This document shows, piece after piece, positions 27,088 through 38,057 of a stretch of DNA of 64,000 nt. Position 1 is the stretch's first letter; every line of letters starts with the position of its first letter. The position numbers and the translations under genes were made by a program. The stretch is taken from positions 1,860,001 through 1,924,000 of the forward strand of contig OZ287759.1 in assembly GCA_965649765.1 (NCBI GenBank). Direction: 5' to 3'. The notes under the pieces were generated by a model. That model was given only the letters and a program-made list of their open reading frames with translations, did not search any database and had not been told where the DNA came from. This DNA is from Bispira polyomma (taxonomy: Eukaryota).

Positions 27088-27909
27088 CAACCAGCATGGG
27101 TGATCCCCATTACTGCCCAGCAACCGGAACAGCAGTCTCAGCGACACCTTCAACTCTTACTACCTCCTCGCCAGCAGCCACAACAACAGGCTGTTCACCC
27201 TCAACAGCAGCACCTAAAACAGGCTGATCAGTCTCAACAACCTCGTCAACCTCAACAGCCACACCTACAACAGGCTGATCAGCCTCAACAACAGGCTCTT
27301 CACCCTCAACAGCAGCACCTACAACAGGCTGATCAGTTTCAACAACCTCGTCAACCTCAACAGCAGCACCTACAACAGGCTGATCAGCCTCAACAACAGG
27401 CTCTTCACCCTCAACAGCAGCACCTACAACAGGCTGATCAGTCTCAACAACCTCGTCAACCTCAACAGCAGCACCTACAACAGGCTGATCAGCCTCAACA
27501 ACAGGCTCTTCACCCTCAACAGCAGCACCTACAACAGGCTATTAGGTCTCAACAGCTGCCACAACATCAGGCTGGACAGCCTCAACAGCAGCACCTACAA
27601 CAGGCTATTCGGTCTCAACAGCTGCCACAACATCAAGCTGATCAGTCTCAACAGTAGCTCCTACAACAGGCTCTTTGGCCTCAACAGCTGCCACAACATC
27701 AGGCTGATCAGCCTCAACAGCAGCTCCTACAACAGGCTCAGCATCCTCAACTACATGACCTACAACAGGCTGAGTACCAATTTCAAGAGTTACCTCTACT
27801 CAGTCTTCAAGATTTAGATGATTTTGAAGATTTTCTGAGAGGGGAGACAATGAATTCCTCTATGGAGGTTAATGTTGACTCCTCTAGTGAGGATGAAGTT
27901 TACTACTGA
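27088..27909 (+). pseudogene. Gln-rich repeat + acidic tail, exon 2 of the RING gene (one CAG>TAG stop)
   Basis: Phase-0 acceptor tttttgactctatttag. Frame-preserving 105-nt and 66-nt tandem units; continues past the TAG at 27655 to LSLQDLDDFEDFL...DSSSEDEVYY*. Confidence 0.7.
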
Positions 27910-28320
27910 TGTAGATTTTGAAGAAGTATCTTATTATCACTCAGTAGTAGATTTTGTAGACGTATCTTAATATCATCTTTTTTATTTCTTTTATTAACTC
28001 AGTAGTAGATTTTGTAGAAGTATCTTACTATCACCTTTTTTATTTCTTTTTTTAATTAAATCTTTTAAAAACTTCTCTTCCAAAGTCTCTTATTTCTATC
28101 AACACAGAACAATAATCATTTATCACAAATTTGTTATTGAAGTGTATTACTGAATCCTTTTTTATACAACTATGTAGATTTTCTAGAACTATCTTAATAA
28201 TACCTTTTTATTTATTTTTTAAAATGAATATTAAATGTATATTAAATGTTTTGATAACTTCACCTTCAAAGTCTATTTTTTCTAACAATAAAGAACAATA
28301 ATCATTTCACACAACTGTGA
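27910..28320. repeat. Local degenerate repeats (gtagattttgtagaagtatctta x4, plus a ~190-bp-period duplication)
   Basis: The motif recurs at ~27912, 27947, 28005 and 28173; caaagtct..gaacaataatcattt at ~28081 and ~28267. Confidence 0.7.
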
Positions 28321-28425
28321 TATTTTTATTTGATTTGTTTTCACAATAACTACACCACCTCCTCAAACAAATAATTCTACCACCACCACCTTAAAGATTT
28401 CTACATCTTAACTAGCTTATAATAC

Positions 28426-28727
28426 CATTTGTCAATTCAGTACATCCTTTGTCAGCTCAGGTATGGGATAATAGGTACAGTCAACTTGGCTACGGACAGT
28501 CTGGAGCACCATTTTAGGAATATTTTCCTTTAAAAGGAAAGTGTCTATCTGAGTGATCTTTCTCTCGTATATAATCAAAATACTGATTTATCATCCGAGA
28601 TTTTGTAAATGTTTGCATTTGTCACAAGCCTGCAATACAGCTTTCCCCCCCTCAGAAAACAACATTCCTGTGCTTCCCCCAACCCCATCCAACAAACTAA
28701 AATAGTGCTCAAAATTAAACACCTCAT
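28426..28727 (-). pseudogene. Type I membrane protein A, signal peptide + Cys-capped ectodomain exon (frameshifted; not in the ORF track)
   Basis: MRCLILSTILVCWMGLGEA|QECCFLRGGKLYCRLV..., then after a frameshift LIIYERKITQIDTFLLKENIPKMVLQTVRSQVDCTYYPIPELTKDVLN. A strong acceptor tttttttgtttgtag lies just upstream of the ATG. Confidence 0.6.
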
Positions 28728-29260
28728 ATTTATCACCTACAAACAAAAAAGATATCTATCAGATATGGATATAGTCATTTGAGAGACAAAACAAATAATC
28801 TCTCATCCCGTTTTACAACGAGGTCATGAATAAAAAGAATAAGCTAACTACTTGATTTGCTCGGGGCTAAACTTCACCCGTCTGCTGAGAAATGTTTCCT
28901 AGAAATACCCATAAGATGCAACAACATTCAAAATTAAACCACCATTTAATTCTAAAAACCATAGAAATGCAAGAAATAGACTAATTTTACAGTAGAATTT
29001 CGTTTATAGTAACTGGACGAATTGTCTGTCCCTGATCGAATAAGGTGTCCGTGCAAGTTGCCTGTTCCGTTTTTCCGAATTAGGTGCCCGCCCGAATCTT
29101 GTGGACTGTCTTACCACCTCCGAGTCATATGGCCCCTCCGAATTGTATAATTTAAACAATAATTGTCCTTCCTTGAATATTACTCTTGTTACTGTTTTAC
29201 CTGAATCGAATATCCTCAAATCTTATGAACCATTTCATATCACAATTGTCAATAATTACT

Positions 29261-29487
29261 GCTTGTGTTTATAATTCGATTGCCTGACATAAATTGGACA
29301 CCATATAATAAATGTGTCATAACTTCAAATTAAATAACTTTATTGACCTAACAATACTGTACTTCCTTGAATATTGGTACTGTAATTGTTTTATATGAAA
29401 CTCGTGGTCCATTTTCTACCTAGATTATTATTTAAAATTTGACAGTCGATTTACAACTGGCGGACGAATTATAACCAGAGGCAGTAC
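29261..29487. repeat. ~220-bp direct repeat, copy 1 (copy 2 at 31835-32045)
   Basis: Shared blocks cataacttcaaattaa, tattgacctaacaata.tgtacttccttgaatatt and cgaattataaccagaggcagtac. Confidence 0.9.
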
Positions 29488-29880
29488 ATTAAACTGTCAG
29501 GTGACATTAATAACACCCTCCACCAATTAAGATCAGCCACCAATATACATCGGTCTGTCAGTCCTGTGTCAGTCAAATCCGAGCAGTTACAAACTGTATA
29601 TATGATCGGATGATTTACAACTAGCGGGCGAATTTTAAACACAGGCAGTATAACCACATAACGCTGTGTAACCCTTTAATGCATATTTTATATTTTTCTC
29701 ACCTCAAATCTTTCTCAAAACTGAAATAATCAGAGATTCCAAGATATTATATTTTCCAAAAGTCGCTTTCAAGGTGACCTTTCACTCTCTACCCTTTACC
29801 GAAATTTCAGTTTGTACTAAATATCATTCTAAAACTTATTCGAATAAGATATTTTTTAATACAATGGTAACATACCGTGA

Positions 29881-30980
29881 TTATTGAAGGGACAGACTAT
29901 CAAATGATCCGAAGGTTGTATCTAAATCTACTTCTATATCTATGTCTCCTCCATTCACATTATCATAACTTTTATAGATATTTTCTTCAACTTCCTCTTG
30001 GTGGTTGTGTAAATGTTGACATTGAGGTTTTTCATACCTATTACAAGAAAGAAATTATTAAAACTATTTTTCTGAAATATTTCTGTGATTAAAAAATTGG
30101 TTTTATATTTTAAATATTAAAAAAATAATTAATTAATATAACTAATATACCAATCACTGTCATTTTCGAAGAATTCAATCTCTCTGGAAGCTGTATATAT
30201 GGGATTAGGTTCCATTTCAAAATCTTCCAATATTAGGTTGTTTGGTGGACTGTTGGAGCTTGCATGTTGTTTTTTACAGTTGCAAATAACTACTGTTATT
30301 CCAAAAATAAAACTCAGTAGAGTACCGATTACAGCTATAATGATAGCTATATCATTAGATATTCCAGTATTACCCTTTGGAGTGATGACAACATCGACTG
30401 TAAAGTCACTGACTGAGCTTATTTCATTTTCTACATCTGCTATGGTAGGGGAGGTAATTTCTGATACATAATTGGAAGTAGTCAGTTCTGGTACTGTATA
30501 TTTAACTGTGTGCACTAGTACTTTTGATGCTCGAAATCTCAGCGGTACTTGAGTAGAAATCTCAGTACTTAACTCAATTTTTGTAACCTCGATAATGGAG
30601 TTGGTGGTCAAGGATGAGGTGGTGCTTTTCAATCCAACAGTGGTCAAAGATGAGGTAGTGGTTTTCAATGCGACACACATGTTGGTGATAATTTCAATAT
30701 CTTTAGGAATCTGATTAAGAATATCACAATCAAATTCTCTCATGGAAATAAATGAAATCCAATATATCTTCGGAAAACTATGAAGAATAACTTGGATATC
30801 CATAAGTTTAACATCCTCAAAATATACCCTTTCAACTAGAGTATTTCTCCCTTCAAATTTCGGGTTATTCACACTCCTACAATTCACTAAAGTTAACCGA
30901 CAAGTACACCTGTAATCACACATTTCTATTGACAGGAATGATATTATACTCAAAAGCAATAGAATCTTGAAGTGAGTCAT
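29881..30980 (-). CDS. Type I membrane glycoprotein B, two exons (30980-30151 + 30037-29881, 328 aa), apparently intact
   Basis: Signal peptide, LRRNT-like CDYRCTCRLTLVNC, Ser/Thr-rich stalk, TM IAIIIAVIGTLLSFIFGITVVI. A 113-nt phase-2 GT-AG intron restores W-YEKPQ...ENIYKSYDNV...SLSLQ*. Confidence 0.8.
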
Positions 30981-31695
30981 TTTAATAGAAATTATTTTAA
31001 AATTTGTTAATTCAATGTCCTATTATATACCACTAGTTCACAGAAATTTATATGTAACTGTTCTCTCCAGTACCCACAATCAAAACTGATTCATTTCTAC
31101 AAACTCTCTATTTCTCAAGTTCTGGATCTTCTATCTCTTGCATAAATAAACATAGCCGCCAAACATAATATCATTAATCTCCTTATAATTGTCACTTTTA
31201 TTGCTCTCTCTGTTTTGGATACAATCTTAACTGTTTTATTACCTAAACAATTCAGTTGAAGTAGATGAATATATAGAAACTGACTTTTCAGTTTGGAACT
31301 AAGAGTATGTTTCCATACAGACGATTGTTTTTTATATTATTTTTTTAGGAGATTTGTAATGGCTAGTTTTTTTTGTTTTTGTTTTTTTTTTTTTTTTAAC
31401 TAGACCGAATAATGAATCCCTATTTAGTGAGATTCCTTGCTGTTATTTTGAAGGCTGAATCATGAAAAGGGACAGAACGGCTTCCATAAGGAAAATGTTG
31501 TAAATCAAAATTGGCATATATAGAGGTAGAATCTGCTAAAAATAAATACACCCCCTCATTCCTTATATATGATATAGTTGCCGATTTTGACTTATTCCAT
31601 GCCAACGAGGTACAGATCAATTAATATAAAATAAAAACGAAATCACAATCACTGAAACAACACTGTCGGGCATGTTATGACAATTTAAATTCTTT

Positions 31696-31832
31696 TAATT
31701 ATTTCCTCAACAATTATTTTCTCGTCATTTGTTTCTACGACAATTATTTTCCTCGACATTTGTTTCTACGTCAATTATTTCCTCGACAATTTATTTCATC
31801 GACATTTATTTCTGCGTCAATTATTTTTTCTA
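31696..31832. repeat. 15-bp minisatellite, about 9 copies
   Basis: Alternating caattatttcctcga and catttgtttctacga units. Confidence 0.9.
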
Positions 31833-31834
31833 TT

Positions 31835-32045
31835 GCTTGTGGTCATAAATCGACCGCCTGTTATAAATCGGCCACCATACAATAAATGTTTCATAACTTC
31901 AAATTAATTTAATGTATTGACCTAACAATATTGTACTTCCTTGAATATTATTATTGTAATTGTTTTACTTTAATTCTATGGTCCATTTTGTACCAAGACT
32001 ATCAATAATTACAACTGGCGAGCGAATTATAACCAGAGGCAGTAC
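31835..32045. repeat. ~210-bp direct repeat, copy 2
   Basis: Matches 29261-29487. Confidence 0.9.
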
Positions 32046-32218
32046 CGTCTCGCTAGATATTTTCGTCATTGGTATTTTAAATGTCTTTAAATTATTTGTT
32101 TTGAATTGATTGATAAATCGAATCTGTTTTAATATTTAAAAAAATTGTATATTTTTAAAACTTTTTTCAATTTAGTTTGGAACGGGGAGTTTTGCATAAG
32201 CTCCATTATCGTTCACAT

Positions 32219-32420
32219 TGTGTTTATGTTATTCGTCATCTTATTTTGTTAGGCGATGACTAAAAGACAATATTGGTTTATTATGGACTTTTGTTTATTA
32301 TTCGTCATTCGTTATTTTGTTTGGTGATGACTAAAAGGCAATATTAGATTACTCAAAATGTGGATTTGTTTATTATTCGTCATCCGTTATTTTGATAGAG
32401 GATGACTAAAGCTAATATCT
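32219..32420. promoter_or_regulatory. Three ~70-bp repeats, each with an inverted GTCAT(C)..(G)ATGAC pair, upstream of pPolB
   Basis: tgtttat.attcgtcat..ttattttg....gatgactaaa at ~32221, 32292 and 32367. A regulatory role is inferred from position only. Confidence 0.55.
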
Positions 32421-32548
32421 TTAATCTTTGAGCAAATATCATCACCGAATGACATCACTCACTATCACATTATTTCTATAAATAAGTTAAATAAGTAGAA
32501 GACATTTGATATGCATATAATTGATTGAATTGATAGGAACAGGAGAAA

Positions 32549-35500
32549 ATGGAGTGTCCATATTGCCACAAGTTTCTGCAAAGGAAAATACATCTTCAAA
32601 GACATTTAACTATTAGTCGAATTTTGAGGAGTGTTAAAAAAATATTATGTCTATTTTGTCAAAGTCACTTTACTGATGTTAACACTTTAATAAGACATAT
32701 GAATACCTGCATTCCTTATCATTTGTCTCTTAATGTTATAGCCAAGTGTTCTTTTTGTAAGAAGTGTTTCAAAAATACAGATCAAAAAGAAAGCCATGAA
32801 AAAAGATGTTTAAAATGTTATAAATGTGGAAGTATTCTAAAAAGTCTTATAGAAAAGAACATTCATCTTAAAAATTGTAGAGTTGACAATTTGCAACAGA
32901 GGATGGAAAAGATTGTACTCATAAAATCAAACGTGTTAAAATGAATGAAAGGACTCGTGAATCTAGGTTTTGAGAATTTGAAAGATTATGATGATATAGA
33001 GAATTCGGGTAATAAACACCTAAATTTTCTTTGTAAAAAATGTAAAGTTTATTTTGATACAAACTGGGATTTGTATATTCATAATATCTCGTCCCACAAC
33101 CAAACAGGTAGGCAAAGAGTCTTACAAGAACCAGTTCTAGAACCAGATTATGAATTTGAATCTGATGATATGGCAAGAGCATACAATACCAATGTGCAGC
33201 ATATATTAGCTCAACACAACAGAGGGGCTTTAAGGTCAACCTATAATTTTCCAACTAACGATCTTTCTAGGGGAATGTGGGAAATTTCAGATCACTTGAA
33301 TGAAATTTACAATGACCAAAACTACGCCTTTAAAATTAACATATCACTAGGTCTGATTCTCAGAAATACTGGAAATGATGAGTACTGTTATTACGTACCC
33401 TTTTATAATAATCAAGTTTTTCCAGTACCTGTAACCATATCTCGCAGAGCTAATATCAGACATCTCTTTCTCAGAATTAGGCGATTAGATATCCCCGATT
33501 TCATTCGACAACAGAGACCAAACAGTAAATGGGTCCCCGCAATGATTACAAATATAAATTATGTTGTATTTCCTACCTCATATCCTTTAGGTAAATTAAT
33601 TGGTTCTCTCCCAGGTTACATAAAGAATTCTCGAGCAATTAGGGGTTGGATAACAATAGTGGAGGTAATTTTTATGAAGATAATTTATGTGCGTTTAGAG
33701 CTTAGGTGCTACATAAACAAGGAGAAGAAGAAGATTGTGAGAAATTGTTAAACTACCATTATCAATGGTGTGATTTTAATAATAAAGAAGAACATCATTC
33801 CAATTTTTCTGGATTAAATTTGAGTGAACTCGACCTTTTCGAAAATTGTTTTAAATTAAATATCAATGTTTATTCACTAAAACCACAGGGTGTGGTATAA
33901 ACGGTTTATAAATCTATGGAAAATTTTAAACAAACTATGAATCTAAATCTCTATAAAAATCATTTAAGGTATATTCAGGACATTTCTCTATATAGTAAAA
34001 CATATCAATGCATGGAATGTGAAAAAATCTTTAAAAATTAATTTAAACTGAAAACTCATCTTGATAAATGTTTTAACAGAACACGATACATATTCCCAGG
34101 GGGGTTTTACTCTTCACCCAGAAGCATTTTTGATAAGTTAGAGAGTTGTGGAATAATGGTTGATTCACAACGAAGGTTTTATCCTTACTTTGCTGTTTAT
34201 GATTTCGAATCTGTTTTATTGAAGGAACAAGACACCACCTTAGACTGCAAATTAAAATATACTGTTAAACATAAACCCATCAGTGTTTCAGTTTGTTCAA
34301 ATATAGTGCGTTATGAAACTGCCAAATGTTTTATTGAAACGGATGTAGATAAACTTCTCCATAAAATGATCAACTATTTGTGTGAAATAAGTGAGGTAGC
34401 TGCACGATTAGGACAAGAAAGAAGGGAAGATGTATTTGAACAAATTGTTTGTTTGAAAGAGAACAATTTGCAAGGACAATACACTCATAAACACATTGAA
34501 GGTCTAGAAAACGAATTTGAAAGATACATATCACAAATACCAGTTTTAGGATTTAATAGTGGAAAATATGATTTAAATTTGATTAAAGCAGAATTAGCTG
34601 GACACTTGTTTAAAGACGGAGAAAAAGGTAACTATACAATCAAGAGAAACAACAATTACTTATCTCTAAATTCGAGTAAATTTAAATTTTTGGACATTAC
34701 TAACTATATTGCACAAGGAGTTAGTTACTCTAAGTTTCTCAAGTGTTATGAAGTAGAAGAAACCAAAGGTGTTTTTCCTTACGAATGGTTTGATTCAGTA
34801 GAAAAACTTGAATGGACAGAATTACCACCTTATGAGTCATTTTATTCGACATTAAAACACTGTAATGTTCTGGAAACATATGAAAATTATACAATACTAC
34901 AAAAATCATGGAAAGAAAAGAAGATGATAAATTTTAGAGATTACTTACAATGGTACAATAATCTTGATGTAGAACCTTTCTGTACTGCTATAACAAACAT
35001 GCAGGAATATTACTTTAATAAAAGTATTGACATTTTCAAAAATTACATTTCAGTTCCAGGAATTGCTAGAAAAAGCTTTTTGATTCTACAGATGCTAAAT
35101 TTGCTCTATTTGATAAAAACAATAGGGATTTATATGATACCATGAAAAATGGAATTGTAGGGGACCATCTATTATTTTCAGACATTATCATGAGGTTGAC
35201 AAAACTTTTGTTAGAGAAAATAAATCCAAACCAGTCAAACATAGAAGGAAGGGATTCCAATGCATTATATCTCTGGAGAATTTCCCAACCTATGGCTACA
35301 GGAATATATGTACGAAGACATAAAGATAAGGCTTTCAAAGGTGAGGTACCAATGAAATATTTAGAACAATTCATCTGGATAGATTACGTCGCTGAACAAG
35401 AAAATGTTCAAATACAACACGGTTTAAATTCAAGAGGAGAATAACGAATTGGCCCCTACTTAGTAGATAGATATGATGCAAAGAATAAAAGAGTGCTGGA

Positions 35501-37411
35501 ATTTTTAGAATGTTTCCATCATCAACATAGAAACTGTCCCTTAATAGGAAAAAATCAAAATCCAAAATATCATAAAGACAGAGTCATTTCTAAAAAGGGA
35601 AATAGAACGAAAAGACTACATAAAATCTTTAGGATATGACATAGTTGAAATGAGGGAATGTGAGTATCAAGCAGATATTAAGCACAAAACAGAACATATC
35701 AGAGAAAAATATTTATCCAAATTTTATATCAAACACAAAGGTAAGGTTTCAAGCTCTAAACTCATTGAGGCTGTTAAAACAGAAGAAATATTTGGAGCAA
35801 TGGAGGTTGATATAGAAGTGCCTGATTCTTGGAAAGAAACTAACATCTTTTCGAATGGACTCTCCCCAAGTGATTACTTTAGTGAAATGTCCCCTTTCTT
35901 TGCAAGGACAGAGGTACCTTTTGAGGTTGTAGGAGCTCACATGCAGAGACATGCAGAGAATTTTGATTTATCTAAAAAACCTAGAAATTCATTGGTTGGA
36001 GGAATGAAAGCAGAAAGAATTTTTTTAGCCACACCCCTTTTAAAATGGTATTTAGAACATGGTATAGAAATCACTAATATATATCAGGTTGTAGAATATG
36101 TTCCGAAAAATTGTTTTAAAAATTTTAGTCAGAAAATATGTGATAGAAGGAGAGAAGGAGATTTAACCCCTGACAAGGCCCTAATAGCTGAGCTCTCGAA
36201 ACTTTTGGGAAACAGCGGCTTTGGGGGAACAATTATGTCCAAGGAGAGACACCTGGATATTAAATATGTGAAGGGAGAAAGAGAGGCAAGTTTATTAGTC
36301 AATGTCCCTACTTTTAAAAATTTAACTGAATTAGGAAACAGTATGTATGAGGTTGAAAAGTTTAAAAATAGAATTAAACTTGATTTACCAATTCAAATTG
36401 GTTATTTTATTTTACAATATGCCAAGTTAAAACTGTTGTCTTCTTATTATGATTGTCTAGACAGATATATTCCGAGATCAAACTTTGAAATGTTAGAAAC
36501 AGACGCAGATAGTGCCTACTATGCACTTAGTCAAAGTTCTTTTGAAAAAAAGTATTAGACCCTCCTTACTGTCTGAATATCGGAAAGATGTGTGTGGTTT
36601 TTGTTCAAATCTTATCACTCCGAAGTGGTTTCCTAGATTGTGTTGTTCAAAACATATAACTTTCGACAAAAGAACCTTGTCTTTATTTAAAATTGAAAGT
36701 CTTGCTACTAAAGCTATATGCCTGAATTCGAAGACATACATAATGAGAGAACTAAATGAGTCTGATAAAATTTTTTGTAAAGGCATATCAAAGTCAAGTC
36801 TCAATAATGCCATGGAGTTGTTTGAAAGTGTGCTTCATAACCAAATACCACTTTCTTCAACCAATATCGGTTTTAGAGCAAAAAACAATATAATTTTTAC
36901 TTACACACAGGATAGAGCAGGCTTCTCGTACTATTATATCAAAAGGGAGGTTTTGGATGACGGAATTCATACCAAACCATTAAACATGGTTTTGAAACCA
37001 TGGAAACAAAAAATTGTTATAGTTGAAAATGATCTTGACCTACTATCAAACGGTTTTTGCTTTGAGTTGAAAGTCGATGGAAAGACGTATTCAAGTGTTG
37101 AAGAATACTTTCAAGAAAGGGAACATGATTTCAATCCAAATGCAAACACTAGTTTGGAGGAGAATTGGGAGTGGTTTCAAGAAAGAGACAAGATTATGCA
37201 AGAAATTTTAAAATTAAAAGTAAAACAGTGTTGTAATTTTGCTCAGATCTTAAAAAATACTGGGAATTCTTATATATGTTACAATGCTTCAGATAATTTG
37301 TATTGGAATGTGGGTTTACCGCAGAGACTAGTGAAGGTTATAAATAAAGATTCTCATCCAGGTCAAAATCAAATGGGAGAGATATTGATGAAAGTTAGAG
37401 AAACATTATAA
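32549..37411 (+). pseudogene. Protein-primed DNA polymerase B with N-terminal zinc fingers, internal nuclease-like insert and C-terminal NADAR-like domain
   Basis: ZnF CPYC..HLQRH; exonuclease motifs VYDFES, FNSGKYD and YNNLDV; KGVFPYEW; polymerase motifs DSNALY, KLLGNSGFG and ETDADS; end YIKREVLDDGIHTKPL. Multiple stops and frameshifts. Confidence 0.95.
37037..37411 (+). other. NADAR/YbiA-like domain in frame with the pPolB C-terminus
   Basis: LLSN..F..KVDGKTYSSVEEYFQ / W...RDKIM.EILKLKV.Q...F.QILKNTG / YW.VG / PGQNQMGEILMKVRETL follows the NADAR consensus LSNF..DG..Y.S.EHYFQ...KF.Q....L..TG...WG.G...G.N.LG..LM.VR..L. Confidence 0.85.
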
Positions 37412-37413
37412 AA

Positions 37414-38046
37414 ATGTCCATAAAATTTGAAGATCCAGCAAGTATACTTATTCCTGGTTGTAGTAATTCTGGTAAAACCACTTTTCTGTATCAGTTGTTA
37501 AAGTGTAAGGATGCAATGTTCCAGAAACCTGTATGTAAAATACTATACTGCTATTCTCTTTGGCAAAATATTTTTGATAAACTACAAGATGAAATAAATA
37601 TAAAGTTCATTAAGGGTCTGCCTGAGGAGATAGAGATAGATAGCATGAATGACGGGAATCATAATATTTGTATAATAGACGATTTGCAGGAAGAAGTGTC
37701 TGGAAATAAAGTTATTGAAAAATTATACACAACCCTCTGTCATCATTATCACCTCACAGTAATAACTATTTTACAAAATTTATTTTATCAAGGTAAAAGC
37801 TTAAGAACAATCAATTTAAATAGTCATTATTTGATATATATTTAAAAACCCCGAGATATAAATCAAATAATGTATTTAGGAAACCAAACTGGGTTAAAAA
37901 AGACTTTAGAAGAAGCATATAAAAATGCAACAGACGAAAGCTACAATTATCTCTTAGTTGATCTCTCTCTGCACTCATCTACCCAATATAAATTAATAAG
38001 TCATATTTTGCCGAAAGAAGATACTGTGGTATATCTTAGAAAGTAA
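37414..38046 (+). pseudogene. A32/FtsK-like genome packaging ATPase (frameshift near 37840)
   Basis: Walker A GCSNSGKTT, Walker B ICIIDDL, ILQNLF, RTINLNSHY, then FKNPRD and YLLVDL in another frame. Confidence 0.95.
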
Positions 38047-38057
38047 GTAATATAAAT

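Noticed and set aside
29004-29219. 71-aa minus-strand ORF as an accessory gene
   Set aside because: No ATG, no recognisable domain, and it overlaps a partial third copy of the direct repeat; it could be an exon but that is unsupported.
29261-29487. Protein-coding interpretation of the 220-bp direct repeat
   Set aside because: The minus-strand frames I translated contain stops in both copies, some shared, so it is treated as non-coding.
30129-30980. Envelope fusion protein call for membrane protein B
   Set aside because: The ectodomain is too small and mucin-like, with no recognisable fusion peptide or heptad repeats.
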